From NCBI GenBank assembly GCA_012295275.1, contig CM022670.1:1426001-1490000 (forward strand): a stretch of DNA of 64,000 bases. The letters run 5' to 3'. Origin of the DNA: Chrysomallon squamiferum (Eukaryota > Animalia > Mollusca). Shown here one piece after another: positions 13,858-23,527 of this stretch (positions are counted from its first letter, which is position 1; each line of letters starts with the position of its first letter). The notes under the pieces are model-generated. The model had not been told where the DNA came from and made no database searches. It was given only the letters and a program-made list of their open reading frames with translations. A program made the translations under genes and the position numbers.

Positions 13858-13929
13858 TAATAATAATAATAATAATAATAATTGAATAAAATACTGTTCA
13901 AGATAACAAAAATACAAATGAACTATTAC

Positions 13930-14274
13930 CGATTCCCTGCCTGTTGAAGCTGAAGTTTGTTGCCGCCCTTTATTAAACGATTTACGTAAGATATAACATT
14001 ATCGGGTGTATTGCTGTTGTTTCGACAACGGAAGTTAATACAAATTACTGACACGTCTGTCAGACTCTGTGCGGTTATAATTTCATTACCAAATTATCTC
14101 ATTAAGTTATCTGTCAATATACTGATATACAGATGCATCTGAAAACAAACGTAAATGAAATCAGATAGCAAAACGAACAAACCTAAAGTAGTTTAGAACT
14201 TTAAATCCAGATATCGGTCAAATTGCCATAAGCTAACTCATACGTTTTCATATTTGCTACGCTTTTCGATGACT
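13930..14274 (-). promoter_or_regulatory. ZNF-C first exon/promoter, including a 60-bp block shared with the ZNF-D/TPR promoter
   Basis: CpG-enriched. Minus-strand donor at 13929. ETS-like CGGAAGT at 14029-14035. Block 14215-14274 is homologous to 20181-20243. Confidence 0.55.
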
Positions 14275-14619
14275 ATCAGTGTATCAGTCCTTTTTAAACG
14301 AAGATGTAAAATTAGAGTATGAGCAGAAATGTTTGGATAATCCCAAGTGATTTAATACTCTCGTGACAGAATTCAAATTTTGTTTAAAATAAACATTTAA
14401 AAAATATATCTTATGTATTTATTGTAATTATCAAAACAAAGAACAATCACGTTTTCCAAAAAATAAATAAATCAACCTGGTCTATTTGTGGGGTTTTTTA
14501 AAAACTAGAAACATCTATTCATTAACCCCAATCAGTGCAAGTGCAATGATACCTACAACAGTATTAAATAAAAGATGGGGAAAATGTGATAGATTTTGAC
14601 AAGTTGAACCAAGCGTAGA

Positions 14620-14654
<35 letters not shown>

Positions 14655-14825
14655 TTGAACTATAATCTATTCATTTTTATTTCAATTAACTGAACAGTTT
14701 TTCATGCTAACCAGTGCTCTGTATCTGGATTAATATATATAGCTATAATAATATATTATCCCTTGCTATTAATTTGAAAGAGAAGTCCACAAAGTAGCAT
14801 GTTTTATTCAGATTTTGACTAAACA

Positions 14826-15172
14826 TCAAAGCCTCCATACTGTTCTCTGTAGATCACTTCTTGTGCCAGACAGTTTCTGGAGAGTTGTAATATGAGTCAT
14901 GACAGGGCAAGCACCGGTCACTTCATTATTGTCCAGAGATGTAGTCAAACAGTTGTTGGTGCATAGAGTTATATGTATATTAGAGTGTGCCATGTGGCCT
15001 TCAATGTTTGTTAGTGTTACTTTATCCATTGTCCATATCTATCTAGTCTCTATTCATTGACAGTCCAGCATGGGTGTTCATAACAGAAACCAAAGCTTCT
15101 GCTGGCACAGCTCTTTGAGTCACTGAGACATGCAAAACCCCTCACCAACTCAAGGAATGGACTTTGAAGGGG
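14826..15172 (-). mobile_element. Degenerate RTE-clade non-LTR retrotransposon remnant (5' UTR region)
   Basis: The minus strand from 15172 reads ...CCTTGAGTTGGTGAGGGGTTTTGCATGTCTCAGTGACTCAAAGAGCTGTGCCAGCAGAAGC...CACCCATGCTGGACTGTCAATG. This follows the RTE/Expander-type 5' end pattern as I recall it (CCTTGTCGTGGTGAGGGGGCTTGCGTGCCTCAGTGACC...GAGCTATGCCGGC...CACCCATGCCGGACAGGTCAA). GC is higher than in the flanks and CpGs have decayed to TpG/CpA. Left boundary uncertain. Confidence 0.65.
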
Positions 15173-15225
15173 TTTATTCAGATTACTTGAAGTTTTTAAT
15201 CATTTTTATCCACATTACATAAAAG

Positions 15226-15272
15226 GTTTTGAATGTGTCATTAAATAAAACATTTCCTCTTCTCCTTCCTTC
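15226..15272 (+). repeat. Possible SINE 3' tail fragment
   Basis: GTTTTGAATGTGTCATTAAATAAAACATTTCCTCTTCTCCTTCCTT resembles, from memory only, the 3' terminus plus (TTCC)n tail of an abundant gastropod SINE. Confidence 0.3.
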
Positions 15273-16615
15273 ATTTATAGAGGAATAACAAATGTAACTT
15301 GAGGATAACTAGTTGATGGTTCAGTAATCATGTTTATTAATTGTGTTCTATTTTTTGTAAGTTTGTTTTTGTTTTAAATAATGTGGTTAGTCATTAACAT
15401 GGTTGAGCAGTTGTCATAACTTTTTAAATATTTGTTACATGAAACATACACCTGGTAAATTCCAGCTATTGACTGTACCTTTAAAAACAAACAACAATTT
15501 TATTCCACAATAAATTTATTCAAAACAAGGTAACAGACAAATGACAGTTAACATAATTTTTTTTTTTTTTTTTTTTAAATAGTAATAATAACAAATTTTT
15601 AAATTTTGCATGCACTGTTGAAAATATCATTTCAAATTTCATCAGTGATCATTCAAAAGTAAATTAAAAAAAGAGAAACTATTTCTCAATTATAAATTTG
15701 TGAAAATTTTAAAACTTAAATGTCTTATGAAACAAAGGCATACTTTATAAATCCAGTATTAACTGAAACCCACAGATCATGATATTTATATATATTAAAA
15801 TATTAAAACTATGTGCCTATATTTCATCATTATATAATTACAACTCATTCCATAATAAATTTCTTTCCAAAATGAACTGTTTTGAGTACATAATACAAGA
15901 TGATTTTTCTTTTAATATTATTACAACAAACAGAAGGACAGTGCGTAAATAGGTGACAAAAAAATTAAATAATGCAATTTTTGTTAACAAAATATCAATA
16001 AAAATACTGCCAATGTTGTATTAACATGATCTTCAATGAAAATTTATACATTTAGTAGTTTTATTTTTAATACTGTTTTGTGAAGAATGCAATATATATA
16101 ATCTTTATGGTTCTCTGTCCGGAAAATGAAGTTTTTTCCTTTTTTCTGAAGTAATCATTATAAATTATGGAGCTACATACAGACACCTGAATAACATTAT
16201 TGGTATTCTTTATCTGTTACACTTAAATTGTTATAATTTTATTTTATTTATTAATATATATTTTTTTAATTATTTAATTTCATTTATTTATTCAATTATT
16301 ATTATTATTATTTATTTATTATCATTATTATTATTTTTTTTTTCTTTGACACTTGACAATTCTTTTAAAAAATACATGGTCCTAACAAACAGCCTAAATA
16401 CATTATTTAATTTCCCACACACAATTCTTTATTCATAATAAAATGACAATAAAATAATGAATTCAAGGAGATTCACCGAGACTGACTTTTTAATTTTTTC
16501 ATTCTGTTTTCTACTTATATATCTTGTCCTTTTGTCCATACTCTCAGTTATATTTCAGGCATCTCCAGTTAGTAATCACTGCAGTAATCTGGTTAGTAAT
16601 GAAATGCAGTAACAT

Positions 16616-19051
16616 TCACTGGACAGTTTCAATTTTTATTAGCAGATCTGGATGTTCATGCATGTGTGCAATAAAGCTGTCAAGGAGTGCAAATGTTTTT
16701 GAACATGCTAAACAGGTTAAGTCACCAGGTGTTGGTCCCTGGAAAACAATCTCAGAAGGAATTTCAAGAAGTATATTTTCTGATGCATTTATGATATTAC
16801 TTTTTTCAACCTCTTTGCATTTATCACAAACTGAAGATTCATCCACTGAGACACACTGAACCTGGTTTGTACCACAAACAGAACATTGCTTAGTGTTTGT
16901 CACAGCAGTCTTTTCTTCTATTGATGTATTGTTTGCAATTAGTTTTTCTGATTTACTGCATCGTTTTGTCTTTTCACACATTTCAGTTTTCAGATCATCC
17001 AAATTTTGTACAGGCCACATTTTTATGTTTTTTTTGTGTGTTTTTCTTATATGAACTGTTAAATCAATCTTTTTAACAAACATTTTTGAACAGATGTTAC
17101 AGGTATATACATATTCAGGTCCATGGACAGCACTTTTGTGATTTATCAAGTCAACACGACAGTTGAACTCTTCTGTACAAATGTCACACACAAAATCTTT
17201 CACACCATGAACACTTCTCATGTGATTTCTTCTGTAGCGTGTATCTACAAAGGCCATATCACAATATGAACATATTATGGGATGATTTTTTTTATGTTTT
17301 CTCAAATGTGTTGCTAGTTTCTCCTGATTCTGAAAGCTCAGATTGCATTTTGAACAAATAAATTCAGCATTGCTGTCATGCTGTAACAAATGACGTTTGA
17401 GCAAACTTTCAACATAAAAAGTGCAACCACAGTGTTTACAACTGAATGGTTTTTCACCTGTGTGTATGCACATGTGAAGATTTAGCACATCAAGACGAAT
17501 AAAGCCTTTACCACATATCTGACATTTGTGCTTGAAGTTTCCTGTATGGAGCATGGTGTGTCTTCTAAGATCCAGATTGTCACTGAACTGTTTTCCACAG
17601 ATGCTGCACATGTGGTTTTTTAAATGCTTTTTCATATTATGCCGAGAATGCCAGTTCTTTGTGGGACAAATAATATCACAAACAGGACAATTAACTGGCA
17701 TTTTCTCACCTTCATATGTGAAGATATGTGTCTTTAAGTCATCTATTTTAGAAAATGTATTGCTGCAGAAGGCACATTTGAAGTCTGTACTGTTGGTGTG
17801 GCACTCTTTATGTTCCTGCAGGTGTTGTTCTACCAGAAAGCCAATATTACACAACTCACATACAAAAATGGGTCGTTTTTCTAAAGCTGCACGAATATGA
17901 ATACGGTTGTGTTCATTTAGTCTTCCTTGAGAACTGAATGCCTTTCCACATGAATCACAGACAAATATTTCATCAGCGGTGTGAGTATCAAGATGTGAAT
18001 TCAACTCTTCAGCACTGTTCAGGATTTTAGCACAGAATTTACACATTGTTGGTACTTCAGCCAGATGGGTTAACATGTGACGGACAGGATTTTTTGTTGA
18101 ACGTTGGCAAATGGGACACTCATTATTATTTTTACTTTTTCTGCCTTTCCCTTTTGGTATTTTACCATTCTGTTTCAGATTGATCTGATGTTGTACATTT
18201 TTCTCATTAAATGGCTCTTTGCATTCATTTCCAATGACAGTTTCATGTAATTTCACATGTGATCCCAAAGATTTCACATCACCTAAAACCTTTCCACAAA
18301 TTTCACAGGGATGTTTGCCTGCTCTACTGTTTACATTTAAACATTTACCAATAAATTCAAAATGATCTTCCTTTTTATGTTTATTCAGTTCTGCATGTAG
18401 TTTAAATCCTTCTTCACAGATATCACATGTATAATGTTGTGATACAGAAATATTATGTTCACTATCATTTTCAGATGTACTAAAACACTTTTCAGTTTCC
18501 ATGTTTCTGTTTGTTCCTTGTAAACTGATGCTGTTTTTGTTCTGCATATTAAGTTTTTTCCTACGACTACGAGTCATGTGTGGAGAACAGTTATTGGTGT
18601 CACTTGTAATGTTTGTTATGTTTTCATCAGCTTCCAAGGAATCAGCAGGTTCACTGTCGCTTGTTAGGTAATTAGAATCTATTTCAATCTGTACGTGGAT
18701 TTCATTGTCCAAACAAGATTCTTGTAAATTCATTTCAGTGACTTGTTTTGATGTCTTAGTGCTGAAATTCAGTGATTCATCATCATCAATGTCATTATTA
18801 TCATCATCAATAAAATATTTTAACCATTCATCAAAAGTAAGCTTTATGGAACTGCCATTATCAGCTGTTGTTTTTTCTTTAAGTTTTTGTCCTATTTTAT
18901 TTCTCAGCTGATTTTGGGATCTGATAAAAATTGATATGATTTCTTTGAGTCCATCTTTAGAGAGATCAGTCTGTGTACAGCCATCAGATACATTTGATAC
19001 TGGATCAGTGTGTCGATATTTGCTAAAAGTGGTTCTTTTGGAACGTTTCAT
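16616..19051 (-). CDS. C2H2 zinc-finger protein ZNF-D (811 aa, ~16 fingers), tandem paralog of ZNF-C
   Basis: The true start is MKRSKRTTFS at 19051, matching the ZNF-C N-terminus. The acceptor ttttacag at 19086 shows that the ORF-track extension to 19309 is intronic. High identity to ZNF-C, with a constant 6500-nt offset in the 3' half. Confidence 0.92.
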   Translation of the reverse strand: MKRSKRTTFSKYRHTDPVSNVSDGCTQTDLSKDGLKEIISIFIRSQNQLRNKIGQKLKEKTTADNGSSIKLTFDEWLKYFIDDDNNDIDDDESLNFSTKTSKQVTEMNLQESCLDNEIHVQIEIDSNYLTSDSEPADSLEADENITNITSDTNNCSPHMTRSRRKKLNMQNKNSISLQGTNRNMETEKCFSTSENDSEHNISVSQHYTCDICEEGFKLHAELNKHKKEDHFEFIGKCLNVNSRAGKHPCEICGKVLGDVKSLGSHVKLHETVIGNECKEPFNEKNVQHQINLKQNGKIPKGKGRKSKNNNECPICQRSTKNPVRHMLTHLAEVPTMCKFCAKILNSAEELNSHLDTHTADEIFVCDSCGKAFSSQGRLNEHNRIHIRAALEKRPIFVCELCNIGFLVEQHLQEHKECHTNSTDFKCAFCSNTFSKIDDLKTHIFTYEGEKMPVNCPVCDIICPTKNWHSRHNMKKHLKNHMCSICGKQFSDNLDLRRHTMLHTGNFKHKCQICGKGFIRLDVLNLHMCIHTGEKPFSCKHCGCTFYVESLLKRHLLQHDSNAEFICSKCNLSFQNQEKLATHLRKHKKNHPIICSYCDMAFVDTRYRRNHMRSVHGVKDFVCDICTEEFNCRVDLINHKSAVHGPEYVYTCNICSKMFVKKIDLTVHIRKTHKKNIKMWPVQNLDDLKTEMCEKTKRCSKSEKLIANNTSIEEKTAVTNTKQCSVCGTNQVQCVSVDESSVCDKCKEVEKSNIINASENILLEIPSEIVFQGPTPGDLTCLACSKTFALLDSFIAHMHEHPDLLIKIETVQ

Positions 19052-19144
19052 TTCAGCAAAGATGTAAATAAATGGAAAATAAAAACTGTAAAAGAAAACA
19101 GAAATATGATAAATGTTGATAAAATCTGCATGTGTGTATGAGTA

Positions 19145-19247
<103 letters not shown>

Positions 19248-19923
19248 TCAATACTTTGGAGGTATTCAATTAACTTATGAACATACAAATTAAAGCACAT
19301 TCCAGTCAAGAACTAAGACAAAAGAATGGCAAGTAAAAATAATATATATATAATTTCAATAAAAAGAAAACAAATAAATCATTTTTTGACTACGTATTAG
19401 ATGAAAATGTAATGACATAACATTTGTACAGGAATGACTACAACAAACGTGGATTTCATTATGGAAAATTACATCAATGATTACAACATATCTTACTTTT
19501 GGTATGTGTGTGTGCAAGGTACCATGATAATTATTACTACACTTGAGCTAGTTCTAGACAGATTATCAGGTTGTAATATAAGTTCTGTCCATCTTAGAAA
19601 TGGATTTAGATAAACGAAATATTGTTAATTAAAGATGTATCTGACCATCTGTATTACATCCTCCTTTGCTTTTAATAACTTTATTCCATCGGTCAACAAG
19701 CTTTTATAAAAGACTTAGATTTTTTACCTGAAATAAGAGTTAACTCAATTTCATTTGTTTAAATCAGTTAAACCTGACATATCTGTGCATTAACTCACAT
19801 TTATTTATTTATTTGGAGCATTTGGATGAGTTGATAGAGACATTATAATTTCGTAAAATAATTTGTGAATCTATATTCAGTGAAGAACGGTAAAATATTA
19901 CAATCGTGCAAAATATTACTCAC

Positions 19924-20567
19924 AACCTCGATAAGTTTGGAGCCCGCGTTTTACCCGAATTTTAAAAATATTTGGCTATTATTTCGGCGACGGAACATCG
20001 AAACAAACCAATTACCATTATCACTGAATCCCGGAAAGTCCAAATTCATTTACATGGTTGGCATTTATTTCTCTTGAAATTAACTCATTACATAAGTCAG
20101 CATTATCACTTTAAATAAACAAATATAGATCAACAAGATAAAGTGAATTTCAATTATTTAGATTTTAAGATAAGTTCTACCGGTCAAATTGCCATAAGCC
20201 AATCCCATACGTATTTTCTTGTTTGCTGCGCTTTTCGATGACTTGTGACACTGACTAGTTATTGGTTACAAATTTTCAATACTAGTTGAAGTTGTACAAG
20301 TAGTAGTACTAGTAGTATATTTAACTATTTAGATATAAATTAAGTCAGAACATTATTATATTTTTACTAGCTTATTTTAATTATTTATTCATTTCTTGAA
20401 ACATTGTGTCTGAGCTTTATTGTGTTGGAATACACAACGAAAGATAGTCTTCCTGTTGTTATCTTACAACCAGTTTCCTCCCTTTGATACGAACATCAAT
20501 AATATTGCTACTTGGAACTGGGCGACAAGGAGCCAGTGGTTTTTGGATCTCGTACGCCATTTCAAAC
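19924..20567. promoter_or_regulatory. Bidirectional promoter/5' UTRs of ZNF-D (-) and TPR (+)
   Basis: CpG-enriched. Minus-strand donor gtgagt at 19923. CCGGAA at 20031. YY1-like CGCCATTT just upstream of the TPR ATG at 20568. Confidence 0.55.
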
Positions 20568-23201
20568 ATGGAGGGATCCACTGATATTTTAAACATTTTG
20601 GAAAATGAGGAATTTAAATTGTTGTCAAATACATTCAGAGAAACATTTGAATGTTTTATAGCTTCAAAAAATTCAGAGGTTGATGATTATAAAAAAAAAT
20701 ACGATCATCTTTTAGTTAATTCGGGTAGGTTATAATAAATTTAATAAGTTTCCACCCGACGAGTCGGTTATTTAAATTTTAATAACATTACAGTGTAAAC
20801 CTTGTAGTGATTACTAATAGTAATTCTATAGTATACTCTACAGGTTATCGCTTGAATATACTTGTTTGTCATTTCCATGCAAGCAGCAGTGTAATCAAAT
20901 GATGTCAATGTTTAATAGATTTTATTTGCACTTTGCAGTAGAAACATTTTCAGATTTAATCATTAATGATTTTGAAAAATTAAAATTTTTGAACATTGAT
21001 GAAACAGTGATGTTTAAAATCAGCATGCGGTTGTTTCAGAATGTTAAATTTCTGTTAACATCCTTGTCTGCATATTGATTTCTCACAACAGACAAATAAC
21101 ATTTATTTTTGCATTCGTAATCATTGCTTTCTGTAAACTACATATTAAAAAGATGGTGGACAAATTACATACACTGATACAGACTTTATGGCAATAAACT
21201 TTATGAAATGTAAAGACAGTATAGTTAACAAAGTAAATATATCTAGGAAATTTAGAATTTCTTGGTCAGTAAACAATATTATATGTAATGATTAAGAATG
21301 ATCTTTAAAAAAACTAAAATCATTTGACAGGATACAAAATGTTTTTGTATAAGTAACTCCACTAAAATAATGAAGGTACTTAAAAAGACAAAAATTAAGC
21401 ACTTTTTAATATAACCTGTATTTTCAATTTTAATTTATTGAATTTTTTAATATTATTATTATTGTTTTATATGTGTATATTTTTTTAAGAACAAAAGTAC
21501 TTTGAAGTAGAAAAGCAGTTGATAAGCAGTAACAACAAGCTTGAATCAGCATTAGCATCAAACAGTGAACTCCAGAGGAAGCTATCTGAACTTGGTGAGT
21601 CTAACGACATTACAAAGAATGCAAAATGTAAATAACAATAATAACATTCTAAATATCTGTCACAATATTTCTTTGAGTCTGACCATAACTGTTAAAGAAT
21701 TTATAATTTAAGGTCTTGTTATGTTAATATACTATTATTATTCAGTGACAGATTTCATACTTCATTTTAATCTGTCTTTAACTTCCTTATCCATTACTTA
21801 AATATTAAGTATAACAAGTTTTAATTCAGTCTTTTTATTTATTTTTTTATTTATTTATTTGTTATTTTATTTACAGAAGTGAAATTTACTGAAGCCAACA
21901 ACAGGCTGAAAGAACTAGAAAAAATCAAAGAAGAGAGTGAAACATCTCAGGTATACTAATATATTTATACACAGACAGTAATATTTTATATGTATTTTTA
22001 TCAACTACTTTGAACAGTTTTCAGATACAAACAAAAAATGTCAAATAAAAATACTTGTTCTTTTTTGTTTCATTTATTTTCAAGTGCATATTTTGTTAAA
22101 TGGTGAAGACAAAATATTGGTGTTAAAAGAATTGCTTTCAGAATTAATTTTGCTGGAAAATAAATATATATGAAATATATGAAAAATACACTTATAGGAA
22201 GTATTTTAAAATTTTCAGCATAAGTACATTTGTATCACAAGTACTGTTATATTGCAACTTGTTTAGTTTCAGTTTAAGCTTTCAGTTGAGAATAGTTGTT
22301 ATATTTTGGTAGAAATGAGAACACTTTTTTGTGGGTGGAGTGAAATGTTTTGTGATATTTGTCTTTGTCCATTGTTTCTAATTTCAAGTAACCATAATAT
22401 TTTTTTTTTTTTTTTTTTTTTGAAGATTCAGTTGACAAAACAGAAAGATGAACTGGAATATGACAAGAAAGAGTTGATTTTATTATTAGATAAACGTAAC
22501 GCTGAAATAGACAGACTTAATGGTATTTATTAGTTTTGCCTATCTAATCATAGCTACTCGCATTAGAAGACATTAAGATTGTAACCTGATCTTGTTTTTA
22601 AAGAACCATTTTAATGCCTTCTAAACAAAAACTGAAAACAATTTGTAATTATCAGCCTATTATAGGCTTGCCAACAATGCAGATTTATGACAGTTACATT
22701 AAATATAAGTTGTGATGTATAACATGTTCGTTTATCCATAAGCTTATCAGTATTATCTAAACAAATGACAGGATGTTTTTTTTCAGGTTTTTTAAATTTT
22801 ATTTTTATTTATTATTATTATTATTATTTACCTTTTAAATTTGTTTTTAACTTTTTTTTATATAAGCTGATTATTTATCCTGAAAATGTAAATATTTGTT
22901 GTTCATCTGTTAATTTTTTATTGTTAAATTGTTTTTGGAGACTTAACAATATATGCTTACAGTGTATTATCACAGTTTACTAAGTAATTCTAGCAGATGA
23001 AGTTATTTTTTTCTTTCTGTCTGCAGAGGAGTGTAAGCTGTTGTCTGAGAGAGCATTGTCAGCCAATAGTGAAAAATGTGCTGCTCTGGCAAAATTGGCA
23101 GAATATCAGTCACAGCAGTCAGCCAGAGAGGTAAGACTTAAGTAATTTTCATTTTCATTATCCGTTTTTTTATTTTTTTTTATTATAATTATGCATTTAT
23201 C

Positions 23202-23236
<35 letters not shown>

Positions 23237-23456
23237 TGTTAATTTTAATTGATTTTTTTTTATATATGTTTTTAATTGATTTTATTATTACTTTATTAGT
23301 AGTAAAGCTTAATTACTTTACACAAAACAAATCAGTGTTATTATCCAAAAATGGATTTAGATCGACTGTTCTTAAATCACAGTACTTTCATTAAAAACCC
23401 TTGGGGTTTTTTGTGTGTTTTTGTTTGTTGTTTTTTTGTTTATTTATTTATTTATT

Positions 23457-23527
<71 letters not shown>

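Noticed and set aside
826-18911. Antisense/alternate-frame ORFs over the ZNF genes (e.g. 11026-11379 and 17526-17900, which are similar to each other)
   Set aside because: Shadows of the zinc-finger coding strand; their similarity simply reflects the C/D duplication.
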